Of a DNA stretch of 25,829 nt, positions 1-9,104 are shown one piece after another. The notes beneath the pieces are model-generated. The model worked only from the letters and a program-made list of their open reading frames with translations, was not told the origin of the DNA and ran no database searches. The stretch's first letter is position 1, and the number at the start of each line of letters is the position of its first letter. The translations under genes were made by a program, and so were the position numbers. The stretch is from an uncultured Flavobacteriaceae bacterium (lineage in GTDB: Bacteria; Bacteroidota; Bacteroidia; Flavobacteriales; Flavobacteriaceae): NCBI GenBank assembly GCA_964604735.1, contig CAZSBI010000099.1, positions 1 through 25,829 of the forward strand. Reading direction: 5' to 3'.

Positions 1-1019
1 TTGCAACAGTAGTGAGTTGTGCAAACGACGAAGCTAAACCAAAGCAAGCAGTACAAAAAGAAGTGCAACAAAAAGAAGACAATAAATTTGCTGCATTAGA
101 CAAACAAGCAAAGACATTATTTGCGGTTTTACCCAAAGAAGCTGTAAATCCGGATAATGCCATAACGCCTGAAAAGGTAGCCCTTGGCAAGGCGCTGTAT
201 TTTGATAAGCGATTGTCAAAAGACAACACACAAAGTTGTAATACTTGTCACAATTTAGACACTTATGGCGTTGATAATCAATCGTTTTCAAAAGGAAATA
301 ACGGTGGATTTGGCGGTAGAAATTCGCCTACAACTTTAAACGCAGCATTTCATATTGCCCAATTTTGGGATGGTAGAGAGCCCGATGTAGAAGCACAAGC
401 AGGCGGTCCGGTATTAAATCCGGCAGAAATGGAAATGCCAAGTGAAAAAGCCGTAGTTGACAGACTGTCAAAAATTAAAGAATACATTGAAATGTTTCAA
501 AAAGCATTTCCCGACAGCAAAACACCTATTACTTATGATAATATGAAAAAAGCCATTGGTGCTTTTGAAAGAAAATTGGTTACACCAACCAAATTTGATA
601 AATATATTGCAGGAGACAGCAAAGCATTAAATGATGAAGAAAAACAAGGTTTGCAAACCTATATCGACGCCGGTTGTACAGCTTGTCACTCAGGCGCTTT
701 GTTAGGCGGAAATATGTACCAAAAATTTGGTTTGTTTGGCGACTATTGGAAAGAAACAGGAAGTAAAAAAGTTGATAACGGCAAATTTGATGTCACTAAA
801 AATGAAGCTGATAAATATGTATTTAAAGTGCCTTCACTTAGAAATGTCGAAAAAACTTATCCCTATTTTCACGATGGAAGCGTTGCCGATTTAAAAGACG
901 CCGTAAAAATGATGGCAAAATTAGAATCAAACAAAGAACTTAACGAAGAGCAAGTAAATCAGATCGTTACTTTCTTAAAAACACTAACCGGAGAAGTTGA
1001 TCAAAGCTTGAAACAATAA
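1..1019 (+). CDS. di-haem cytochrome c peroxidase (CCP/MauG family), 5'-partial; the predicted lipobox lies at the window edge
   Basis: Two CxxCH haem-binding motifs (CNTCHN, CTACHSG). Conserved CCP blocks are present (FDKRLSKDNTQSC, FWDGR, PSLRNV, YFHDG). The frame is open to base 1 with no stop. The first residues, ..VVSCAND, look like a lipobox (VVSC), so the signal peptide is upstream of the window. Confidence 0.85.
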   Translation, partial: ATVVSCANDEAKPKQAVQKEVQQKEDNKFAALDKQAKTLFAVLPKEAVNPDNAITPEKVALGKALYFDKRLSKDNTQSCNTCHNLDTYGVDNQSFSKGNNGGFGGRNSPTTLNAAFHIAQFWDGREPDVEAQAGGPVLNPAEMEMPSEKAVVDRLSKIKEYIEMFQKAFPDSKTPITYDNMKKAIGAFERKLVTPTKFDKYIAGDSKALNDEEKQGLQTYIDAGCTACHSGALLGGNMYQKFGLFGDYWKETGSKKVDNGKFDVTKNEADKYVFKVPSLRNVEKTYPYFHDGSVADLKDAVKMMAKLESNKELNEEQVNQIVTFLKTLTGEVDQSLKQ

Positions 1020-1044
1020 AGTTAGCTTTATTAGAATAATATAA

Positions 1045-1077
1045 ATCCCAAAGAGATACTCTTTGGGATTTTTTTTG
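1045..1077 (+). terminator. rho-independent terminator downstream of the peroxidase gene
   Basis: Perfect 11-bp stem (atcccaaagag / ctctttgggat) with a 3-nt loop, followed by T8. Confidence 0.8.
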
Positions 1078-1197
1078 TCCGAAAAATATATTTTTAACAT
1101 TTTTGTAACAAAACATTAACATTTTCGTTAATATTAAAACATCAGAAGATATTGGTGTTTTTGTCAAGAAAATTGTACATTGCAAAGGCATAATAAT

Positions 1198-2235
1198 ATG
1201 CAAAAAATGAATTTGAAAGTATTGATGAAAAACGTATTACTTTATTTAATGTTGTTTGCTGTTGCTTGTGTTTCGGCACAAAACAAATACGATTTTGCCG
1301 TATATTTTGACACGGGTGCTTGGGAAGACGGCACAAAAGCTTTTGAACAATTTCTCGATTGGAAAGGTTTATCGCATAAAAGGGTAAATGCTCAATATGT
1401 AAACACACATAATTTGCAAACCCATTTCAAAGGCATTTATTTTCCGGGCGGTGATGCTGATTATTACAATGCTGACATCAATTACGATGGCGTAAGACAC
1501 ATAAAACAATTGGTTGCTAACGGATATTATATCGGAATGTGTGCCGGAGCCGATTATGCCTGTGACAAACTTATTTGGGAAGGTGTTACTTACGACTATC
1601 CGCTCGATTTTTTTCAAGGAACAGCTGTCGGACCAATAGATATCATTGCACCTTGGCCGCAATATACAATGACAACAATTGCTATGGATATGAACGATGA
1701 AATCAATAAATACGGTAGGGCAACCGAAGATATGTTATACTGGGGAGGTTCAACATTTAGCACAAGCGCAGCTAATAGTTTTGATGTGGTTGCACGTTAT
1801 GCCAATGCCGGAAATCAGTCGGCAATCATTAAATTTGATTACGAAAACGGACGTGTATTATTAATAGGACCTCACCCCGAAATAGAAGAAGATGATTACC
1901 GCGATCATACAAGTATTGTAGAAGAATTAGATGATAACGGCAGCGATTGGAATTTTTTATGGACAGCAACAGATTGGTTGCTAAAAAGACCTGTTTCGGT
2001 GCCAAATGATGGTAAAACAATAAAACTGTATCCAAATCCGGCAACTGATATAGTGTATATTAATATGGATAAGAAAATTGAAGAAATAACGGTGATAAAT
2101 CAGCAAGGACAAATAGTATTACGACAAAAAACTAATCAAAAATATATTGATATTTCAAAATTGGTAAAAGGTATTTATTTGATCAAATTGAAAACATTTG
2201 ATGAGTTTACTATAAAGAAACTGGTCGTTCAATAG
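1198..2235 (+). CDS. T9SS-secreted protein: class-I glutamine-amidotransferase-like (BPL_N/DJ-1-like) domain plus a type IX secretion C-terminal sorting domain
   Basis: N-terminal signal peptide (MNLKVLMKNVLLYLMLFAVACVSAQ). A G-x-C-x-G nucleophile-elbow-like motif (GMCAGAD) sits in an alpha/beta domain. The C-terminal ~80 aa (KLYPNPATDIVYINMD...GIYLIKL...) match the T9SS CTD pattern. The ATG at 1198 or 1207 is preferred over the TTG at 1180. Confidence 0.6.
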   Translation: MQKMNLKVLMKNVLLYLMLFAVACVSAQNKYDFAVYFDTGAWEDGTKAFEQFLDWKGLSHKRVNAQYVNTHNLQTHFKGIYFPGGDADYYNADINYDGVRHIKQLVANGYYIGMCAGADYACDKLIWEGVTYDYPLDFFQGTAVGPIDIIAPWPQYTMTTIAMDMNDEINKYGRATEDMLYWGGSTFSTSAANSFDVVARYANAGNQSAIIKFDYENGRVLLIGPHPEIEEDDYRDHTSIVEELDDNGSDWNFLWTATDWLLKRPVSVPNDGKTIKLYPNPATDIVYINMDKKIEEITVINQQGQIVLRQKTNQKYIDISKLVKGIYLIKLKTFDEFTIKKLVVQ

Positions 2236-2319
2236 AAAAGTAAACACTTTCACCAAAAAAACATAAACTAATCATAAAAAAATAACTAAATTTACAAACC
2301 TTATTAAAACAAACAAATT

Positions 2320-2895
2320 ATGAACGAATTTTTTGAAGGATTATCCAAAATAGAACAAGTATATTGGGCAGCCGCTGTAATTGGGTCATTTGTGCTTGCC
2401 ATTGTGTTTTTATTAACCTTTATGGGTGGCGGTGCCGATGCCGATGTTGACGCAGACACCGAATTTGAAATGCACGACGGCGATGTCGGATTTCAGTTTT
2501 TTACATTTAAAAATATTGTTGCATTTATAACTATTTTTGGTTGGAGCGGATTAAGCTGTATCAAAGGCGGTTTGTCAACCGGAACGACATTGTTTATTTC
2601 TACCATTGCCGGATTGCTAATGATGATTATAACCGGATATCTATTCTTTTTTATTCATAAATTGGCAGAAAACGGGGCTATGCAGATAGAAAATGCCCTT
2701 GGACAAATAGGCGAAGTTTATTTGCCGATAGCCGAAAATCGTAGTGGTATAGGAAAAGTACATATCAAAATACAAGGAGCTTTGCGAGAGTTAGATGCAT
2801 TAAGCGATGAAAATGAAAAATTACCTACCGGAACAATTGTCAAAGTGATTGATATTATTGGTAGCGAAACACTTTTAGTAGAAAAATTATCTTAA
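2320..2895 (+). CDS. NfeD-like (YqiJ/YuaF-type) membrane protein, partner of flotillin
   Basis: Hydrophobic TM segments at the N-terminus. A C-terminal beta-rich OB-fold-like segment (GKVHIKIQGALRELDAL...GTIVKVIDIIG) is typical of short NfeD proteins. The flotillin gene starts 35 bp downstream. Confidence 0.75.
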   Translation: MNEFFEGLSKIEQVYWAAAVIGSFVLAIVFLLTFMGGGADADVDADTEFEMHDGDVGFQFFTFKNIVAFITIFGWSGLSCIKGGLSTGTTLFISTIAGLLMMIITGYLFFFIHKLAENGAMQIENALGQIGEVYLPIAENRSGIGKVHIKIQGALRELDALSDENEKLPTGTIVKVIDIIGSETLLVEKLS

Positions 2896-2930
2896 ACAAA
2901 ATCATATATTAATTAAAAACCATTTATTTT

Positions 2931-4484
2931 ATGAACACATTATTTATTATGGCAGGTGGATTAGAATACGGAATTTATACCATTCTGGCATTCTTCTTTA
3001 TCATCTTTATTTTTGTTTATTCGTTGCTAAAACGATACAAACGTTGTCCTTCGGACAAGATATTGGTTGTTTACGGAAAAACAGGAGGCAACAAAACAGC
3101 TAAAACCATTCACGGTGGTGCTGCATTTATTTGGCCTATAATTCAAGATTATCAATTTTTGAGTTTGACGCCAATGTCTATCGAAGTTAACTTAACCAAT
3201 GCTTTGAGTAAGCAAAATATCAGGGTAAATGTTCCTTCACGTTTTACCATCGGTATTTCTACCGAACCAACCGTAATGCAAAATGCAGCAGAACGTTTGT
3301 TGGGTTTAGATATGGAAAGTATTAGAGATTTGGCACAAGAAATTATTTTTGGTCAATTGCGTTTGGTAGTTGCATCAATGGATATTGAAGAAATTAATTC
3401 GGATAGAGATAAATTTTTATCGCATATAACACATAGTGTTGAAGCTGAATTAAAGAAAGTGGGTCTAAAACTGATAAACGTAAACATTACTGACATTCAC
3501 GATGAATCAGGATATATAGAAGCATTAGGTAAAGAAGCGGCAGCAAAAGCAATAAATGATGCAAAAATTTCGGTTGCCGAAAAAGATAGAGATGGTTCTA
3601 TTGGACAAGCCAATGCGGTGCAAGAACAACGTATTCAAGTAGCCAATGCAGTCGCTAAAGCAAAAATCGGAGAGGCAGAAGCTGACCAAACAGAACGCGT
3701 GCAAGTGGCAAATGCTAATGCTATGGCAAAAATCGGTGAGGCAGAGGCGCAACAACAAGAACGTATCAAGATTGCTGTTGCCAATGCCAAAGCTATTGAA
3801 GGAGAAAATATTTCGAAAATTGAAATCGCAGAATCTGATGCATTGAGACGTGAACGTCAGGCAGAAGCCAACAAACGTGCTACATCCTCAGAAAAAGTAC
3901 AAGCCGCAAAAGCACTTGAAGAAGCTTATGCTGCTGAAAAATTGGCCGAAGAAGCCAGAGCAAAACGCAAAGAAGCCGAGCAATTGGCTGATATTGTAGT
4001 GCCTGCGCAAATTGACAAGCAAAAAGTAGAAATAGATGCCGAAGCCGAAGCAGAACAAATTAGACGTATTGCCAAAGGGCAAGCAGATGCCATTTTCTTA
4101 AAAAAAGAAGCCGAAGCAAAAGGTTTATACGAAATTCTAACCAAACAAGCAGAAGGTTTGAAACGTATTGTAGAAGCCTCAGGAGACGATCCAAAAGATG
4201 CCGTCAGATTATTATTGGCAGACAAATTGCCGGAATTAATAAAAATACAAGCCGAAGCCATTAGTAATATCAAAATTGATAAGATTACAGTTTGGGAAAA
4301 TGGTGGCGGAAAAGATGGTAAAACAGCTACATCTAACTTTATCTCGGGTATGTACAAATCTGTACCACCGTTACAAGAAATGTTTGATATGGCAGGAATG
4401 CAATTGCCAAACTATTTGAAAGGTGAAGAAAAGAAAGAAGAAGAAGCTCCCAAGGTAAAAGAAGAAAAATCAACGGAAGAATAA
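2931..4484 (+). CDS. flotillin family protein (SPFH/band-7 domain, YqiK-like)
   Basis: N-terminal membrane anchor, an SPFH domain and a long Ala/Glu-rich coiled coil. The coiled coil has the characteristic imperfect 22-aa flotillin repeats (QVANAVAKAKIGEAEADQTERV / QVANANAMAKIGEAEAQQQERI). The C-terminal tail is K/E-rich. Confidence 0.9.
   Translation: MNTLFIMAGGLEYGIYTILAFFFIIFIFVYSLLKRYKRCPSDKILVVYGKTGGNKTAKTIHGGAAFIWPIIQDYQFLSLTPMSIEVNLTNALSKQNIRVNVPSRFTIGISTEPTVMQNAAERLLGLDMESIRDLAQEIIFGQLRLVVASMDIEEINSDRDKFLSHITHSVEAELKKVGLKLINVNITDIHDESGYIEALGKEAAAKAINDAKISVAEKDRDGSIGQANAVQEQRIQVANAVAKAKIGEAEADQTERVQVANANAMAKIGEAEAQQQERIKIAVANAKAIEGENISKIEIAESDALRRERQAEANKRATSSEKVQAAKALEEAYAAEKLAEEARAKRKEAEQLADIVVPAQIDKQKVEIDAEAEAEQIRRIAKGQADAIFLKKEAEAKGLYEILTKQAEGLKRIVEASGDDPKDAVRLLLADKLPELIKIQAEAISNIKIDKITVWENGGGKDGKTATSNFISGMYKSVPPLQEMFDMAGMQLPNYLKGEEKKEEEAPKVKEEKSTEE
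3636..3767 (+). repeat. imperfect 66-bp tandem duplication inside the flotillin gene (encodes the flotillin EA repeats)
   Basis: Two adjacent 66-bp units are visibly similar (caagtagccaatgcagtcgctaaagcaaaaatcggagaggcagaagc... / caagtggcaaatgctaatgctatggcaaaaatcggtgaggcagaggc...). A partial third unit follows. Confidence 0.6.
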
Positions 4485-4504
4485 TTAACGATTCTAATTA
4501 TCAT

Positions 4505-4550
4505 AAAACGGTCAAGAAAACAACTTTGTTTTTTTGACCGTTTTTATTTG
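4505..4550 (+). terminator. rho-independent terminator after the flotillin operon
   Basis: Long hairpin (aaaacggtcaagaaaacaa / ttgtttttttgaccgtttt, one G-U pair) followed by a T-rich tail. Confidence 0.7.
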
Positions 4551-4700
4551 CGAGTTCTCAAATATCCAATGCGCCACAATACTGTATTGTTTTGGTTCTT
4601 AATAGCTATTAACCAATATAAGCAAAACGATATACTATTTTTGCGTTTAAAAAAAGATTGGAATAATAAGTAATAATTTACAGCGTTTATAGCTACATAA

Positions 4701-5501
4701 TTGGAGCAAATGAAATACATTATACATTTAATCATAAGTATATTATTAACTCTTTTGACACAGATTGGCGGATTGCTTTACTTGTCTGCTGTTTGGTTTA
4801 ACAGAAATAAATCAGAAAACAAAATCAAACAAACAGCACTTTGGTTTGCAGTTTTATACTTGACAGCAACATTTGTTATTGTGCCTGTTGCAGCGCCGCT
4901 GTTTGGCAGAGAAAAAGTGCAAGAAAATGACAAAATAAGCGCTCATACATTTATTACAAAACTATTTAACCGCAATTATGTGCGCCCGGAATTAAATTTA
5001 GTTTTACAACAGACCGCTACTGATTTTACTAAGATGTATCCTAATCTGAAATTGATATATTTAGACGCAAATTTTCCTTTTTTCAATGGTTTTCCGCTCT
5101 TGCCACATCTTAGTCATAACGATGGCAAAAAGATTGATTTGGCTTTTGTTTACAAAGATAGAACCGGAAAATTGACCAATCAAAAACCAAGTATAAGCGG
5201 TTATGGCAAATATGTACAGCCCTTGAAAACGGAGTTAAATCAGACTAAATTTTGTAAACAAAAAGGCTATTGGCAATACGATTATTCTAAATATTTTACT
5301 TTTGGCAGCATTCACCCCGATTTGCAATTAGCCAAAAAACCTACTCAAAAATTAATTGAAATAATCAGCAAACAAAAAGGCATTAAAAAAATATTTATAG
5401 AACCCAATTTAAAAAATCGCTTGCATTTGCATTCGTCAAAAATACGCTTTCACGGTTGCAGGGCTGTCCGTCATGATGATCATATTCATATACAGTTGTA
5501 G
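4701..5501 (+). CDS. membrane-anchored protein, putative LAS-superfamily (M15-like) zinc peptidase
   Basis: Two N-terminal TM helices. There is an H-x2-G-x3-D motif (HNDGKKIDL, resembling M15 HxxGxAxD) and a C-terminal H-x2-H-x-H cluster (HDDHIH), consistent with LAS-type Zn ligands. The assignment rests on motifs only. Confidence 0.4.
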   Translation: MEQMKYIIHLIISILLTLLTQIGGLLYLSAVWFNRNKSENKIKQTALWFAVLYLTATFVIVPVAAPLFGREKVQENDKISAHTFITKLFNRNYVRPELNLVLQQTATDFTKMYPNLKLIYLDANFPFFNGFPLLPHLSHNDGKKIDLAFVYKDRTGKLTNQKPSISGYGKYVQPLKTELNQTKFCKQKGYWQYDYSKYFTFGSIHPDLQLAKKPTQKLIEIISKQKGIKKIFIEPNLKNRLHLHSSKIRFHGCRAVRHDDHIHIQL

Positions 5502-5679
5502 ATTAATAATTTAGAATAATGAATGCTTAATTAACCCTTTTTATCTTAACATAATGTTAAATATGTTAAAGTTGAATTAAAATCACCCCCTCCCCTCATT
5601 TTTTATACATAGTTTTATGGAACATTTAATAAATAAAGCTCGTAGTTTTTATTAAACCGGATTCTATAAAGCATAAACT

Positions 5680-6567
5680 ATGATAAATGAATTAAACAAA
5701 ATAAAAGAGATTTACAATAACGGAGATAATATTATTCAGTATTTAAAATCAAAGTCAAAAACTAAAAAAAATGCTCTTGAAGACATACTTATAAGTTATG
5801 ATTTTCAATCCGGAACCTATATTGAACACTATTATAAAAATATAGATTTTATCAATGATTATAGTAGTGCAATAGCTGATGAAATTAATCAATTGGGCAA
5901 ATACGATTCAATAATTGAAGTAGGAATCGGAGAAGGGACAACCTTTGCTACTTTAATGCAATATTTAAAAACTACACCAAAACAAAAATTAGGATTCGAT
6001 ATTTCATTGTCTCGTTTATTATACGCAAAAAAATTCTTAGAAGAACAAAAAATTCAAAAAGTTAATTTATTTACAGCTGATTTATTTAACATTCCCTTGC
6101 TTGACAATTCGGTAGATATTGTATATACTTCACATTCAATTGAACCAAATGGAGGGCGTGAAAAAGAAGCTTTAGAGGAATTGTTTCGTATCACACGAAA
6201 GTATTTAATTCTTCTTGAACCTGCATTTGAGTTTGCATCAAAAGAGGCAAAAAATCGTATGAAAAGTCATGGTTATGTAAAAAATTTACATCTTATAGCA
6301 AAAGACTTAGGTTATGATGTCATAAAGCACGAATTATTTAAAAATACTGCTAACAAGCTGAATCCTACCGGATTAATAATTATTAAAAAACAATCTGAAT
6401 CAAAAAATCACAACGAACCGGTTTGTCCGGTAATCAAAAGTAAGTTGATAAAAAAATCTTGTAGTTTGTTCTCGGAAGAAAGTTTATTGGCATATCCGCT
6501 AATCAATAATATTCCTTGTTTGTTAAAAGAAAATGCAATAGTAGCTACTCATTTATCAAAATTTTAA
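5680..6567 (+). CDS. class I SAM-dependent methyltransferase with a C-terminal Trm112-like zinc-ribbon domain
   Basis: Motif I IEVGIGEGTTF and an acidic post-I residue; Rossmann-like layout. The C-terminal CPV...C...AYPLINNIPCLL matches the Trm112/YcaR (DUF343) pattern. Confidence 0.6.
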   Translation: MINELNKIKEIYNNGDNIIQYLKSKSKTKKNALEDILISYDFQSGTYIEHYYKNIDFINDYSSAIADEINQLGKYDSIIEVGIGEGTTFATLMQYLKTTPKQKLGFDISLSRLLYAKKFLEEQKIQKVNLFTADLFNIPLLDNSVDIVYTSHSIEPNGGREKEALEELFRITRKYLILLEPAFEFASKEAKNRMKSHGYVKNLHLIAKDLGYDVIKHELFKNTANKLNPTGLIIIKKQSESKNHNEPVCPVIKSKLIKKSCSLFSEESLLAYPLINNIPCLLKENAIVATHLSKF

Positions 6568-6676
6568 GCAATAGGCTTTATATAATTTAGATAGTTTCGT
6601 TACCAAAATTCTTATCCATTTTAATACAAATAGGAGATGTTTGTTTGTCGCAGGGTTATACAGTTGTAAAAATATG

Positions 6677-6684
6677 TATATTTG
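6677..6684 (+). promoter_or_regulatory. candidate Bacteroidota -7 box (TAnnTTTG) for the M1 peptidase gene
   Basis: TATATTTG lies 48 nt upstream of the ATG at 6732. It falls inside the longer 6645-start ORF, which argues for the shorter start. Confidence 0.3.
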
Positions 6685-6731
6685 CATTGCTAAAAGGCAC
6701 AATCCTTGCGAACAACAACAAAAAAACAACA

Positions 6732-8348
6732 ATGAATTTATCTAAGTATCTATTCTTACTATTTTTGAATATATTATTTTCTGCCAATGCGCAATATGTC
6801 AATAAACAAAAAAACATTGTCGATATAATAGCCTACGAATTTACCATCGAAATAAATGACGAGCACAACGAAATATCGGCAGAAGCATTGATTCAACTAA
6901 AAGTATTACAAAAAACTGATTCTGTTTACTTGGATTTTGATAAGCTTGTTCATTCCGGAAAGGGAATGAAAATACAAAGTATTTCTCTCAATCAAAAGCA
7001 AAGTCCCAATTACAAACATATAGATGATAAAATTGTTTTTTACGACACTGAAAACTGGCATAACAAATCAAACATCTACTTGATTATCAGATATAAAGGT
7101 GTGCCAAAAGACGGTTTATATATCAGCCGGAATAAATACGGAAAACGTACTTTTTTTGGCGACAATTGGCCAAATCGGGCGCATTATTGGTTGCCTGTAA
7201 TCGATCATCCCTCAGATAAAGCAAAGGTAGCTTTTAGCATTATTGCCCCCAAACATTATCAAATAATTGCTACGGGTACAAAGCTTGGGCAAAATGATTA
7301 TCAGGATAAAATTGCGTGGCATTACCAAAGTTTGATTCCCATAAGTACAAAGGTAATGGTTTTTGCAGCCGCCGATTTTAAGGTGAAAAATTACCCCAAA
7401 GTATTGCTCTCCGAACAAAAATTGCCTATTAGCAGTTGGATTTATAAATCGTCGCCGGACGAAGGCTTTGACGATTACCGTTGTGCCATACGCGTTGTCA
7501 GTTTTTATGATAGTTTGGTCGGGCCGTACAGCTACGAAAAGTTAGCCAATGTACAGTCCAAAACACGTTTTGGCGGTATGGAAAACGCCGGCAATATTTT
7601 TTATGCCGAAAGCACGGTTGATGGCAGCAAAAGTGTAGAAAATTTAGTAGCGCACGAAGTGGCACATCAATGGTTTGGCAACTCGGTAAGCGAACAAAAT
7701 TGGTCGGATATTTGGCTTAGCGAAGGCTTTGCAACTTACCTAACCGATATGTATTTAGAACACAAATACGGCAAAGAAAAACTCAAAGAACGTATGGCAA
7801 TGGAACGCAATAAAGTTATTCGTTTTAACAGATACAATGCCAAACCCATTGTCTATAACGAACAAAGCCGATTGATGAATTTGCTCAACCCTAATTCCTA
7901 CGAAAAAGGCGCTTGGGTGTTGCATATGTTGCGTCAAAAAATGGGTGACGAAAACTTTGTTAAATCCCTGCGTGTTTTTTATCAAAAATACAGAAACAAA
8001 AACGCAAGCACTTCCGATTTTATTGATATAGTCGAAAATATTTCAAAACAAGATTTGCGAGGTTTTTTTAAACAATGGTTATATGTTGCAGGGCTGCCAA
8101 AACTAAAAATGTCTTATGCAATTGAAGGCAATACAATTACATTTGATGTGTTGCAACAGAATGCAAATCTTTATCAATTATCAATGCCTGTTAAAGTTAT
8201 TTTTGGAAATAATGCACAACTATTTAATTTAGAAATAAACCAAAAACAACAACAATTTAAGTTTAAACTTTTGGCGCCTGTTTCAGAAAAAGAAGCGCGA
8301 GTTCTTTTTGACCCAAATGTGCAAGTTTTGTTTGAATTGGCAGATTAA
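6732..8348 (+). CDS. M1-family zinc metallopeptidase (aminopeptidase N-like), secreted
   Basis: Gluzincin HEXXH-(18)-E motif (VAHEVAHQWFGN...WLSEGFATY) and the GxMEN exopeptidase motif (GGMENAG). Signal peptide MNLSKYLFLLFLNILFSANAQ from the ATG at 6732. Confidence 0.85.
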   Translation: MNLSKYLFLLFLNILFSANAQYVNKQKNIVDIIAYEFTIEINDEHNEISAEALIQLKVLQKTDSVYLDFDKLVHSGKGMKIQSISLNQKQSPNYKHIDDKIVFYDTENWHNKSNIYLIIRYKGVPKDGLYISRNKYGKRTFFGDNWPNRAHYWLPVIDHPSDKAKVAFSIIAPKHYQIIATGTKLGQNDYQDKIAWHYQSLIPISTKVMVFAAADFKVKNYPKVLLSEQKLPISSWIYKSSPDEGFDDYRCAIRVVSFYDSLVGPYSYEKLANVQSKTRFGGMENAGNIFYAESTVDGSKSVENLVAHEVAHQWFGNSVSEQNWSDIWLSEGFATYLTDMYLEHKYGKEKLKERMAMERNKVIRFNRYNAKPIVYNEQSRLMNLLNPNSYEKGAWVLHMLRQKMGDENFVKSLRVFYQKYRNKNASTSDFIDIVENISKQDLRGFFKQWLYVAGLPKLKMSYAIEGNTITFDVLQQNANLYQLSMPVKVIFGNNAQLFNLEINQKQQQFKFKLLAPVSEKEARVLFDPNVQVLFELAD

Positions 8349-8989
8349 TTCCTTAGTTTTTTCAAGCTAAATCCTTCAATATTTCTAATTCGTTGGTTTA
8401 TTAACGGCGATTTGATATCTTTAAAAAACACTTCATAAGTATCTTCAAAAAAAGTAAACGATGTGCCGTCTTTTCTGATACGTTTTGTATCTTTTTTGTA
8501 TAAAATTCCGATTTTGCCATCGACAACATCTTTCTTTTTCAGATAACCGATGATGGAAGCAATGGTTTCTTGACGTTTGTTTTCGTGCAAACTAATACAA
8601 TAATAGTAGTCGGTGATGCTGTCTTCGCGTTTGATATTCCGCGCGGGAATATTGAGCACATAATTTTCGTAAAAAACACTCGATTTACGATGCATTGTTT
8701 TCACGTCAATATTCATTAAAATACCGTTTGCGGTAATTTCGAAATCCTTACCATAGTCTTGTCCTTCGATATGCCCAAATGAACGCACCGGACGAGGCAA
8801 TCCGTATAAATCGGCAAATACAACTTCGCCCAAAGTGCCTGTTAATCGTAGCGCTTCGGTTTTATCTTTTTTTTGTGCGTCCCAAATATTTGCCACCGGA
8901 TGATGCTTTAAAGAATGAATAACCAAATCTTTTGTGTATTTTTTTTGCGCGTCACTGACCGGAATATCAAAATAAAATTGATTTTGCAT
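8345..8989 (-). CDS. hypothetical protein, possible PD-(D/E)xK nuclease-like fold
   Basis: Clean 214-aa ORF. Its stop overlaps the M1 gene stop (shared ttaa). It has its own terminator-separated transcription unit. The motif run E...DFEI...NIDVK is compatible with a PD-(D/E)xK signature, but no family was recognised. Confidence 0.45.
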   Translation of the reverse strand: MQNQFYFDIPVSDAQKKYTKDLVIHSLKHHPVANIWDAQKKDKTEALRLTGTLGEVVFADLYGLPRPVRSFGHIEGQDYGKDFEITANGILMNIDVKTMHRKSSVFYENYVLNIPARNIKREDSITDYYYCISLHENKRQETIASIIGYLKKKDVVDGKIGILYKKDTKRIRKDGTSFTFFEDTYEVFFKDIKSPLINQRIRNIEGFSLKKLRN

Positions 8990-9053
8990 ATCTTAAAAAC
9001 GTATTGAATAATAATGAGTTAAAGATAACACTTTTTTTATAACTTTTGTTGAC

Positions 9054-9090
9054 AAAAAAAAGCTGTCACTTTGTAGCGACAGCTTTGTTT
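9054..9090 (-). terminator. rho-independent terminator after the M13 peptidase gene (minus strand)
   Basis: On the minus strand: hairpin aaagctgtc / gacagcttt followed by T9. Confidence 0.7.
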
Positions 9091-9104
9091 AGATTTAATA
9101 TTTT

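Noticed and set aside
1180-1197. TTG start of the T9SS cargo ORF
   Set aside because: ATG codons at 1198 and 1207 give a normal signal peptide, and TTG is unnecessary.
3525-4357. Minus-strand ORFs inside the flotillin gene (77, 64 and 143 aa)
   Set aside because: Antisense to a high-confidence gene. Low-complexity translations of the Ala/Glu-rich repeat region.
6645-6731. Longer N-terminal extension of the M1 peptidase ORF (MSQGYTVVKICIF...)
   Set aside because: The extension contains the TATATTTG -7 box and has no signal peptide. A canonical signal peptide starts at the ATG at 6732.
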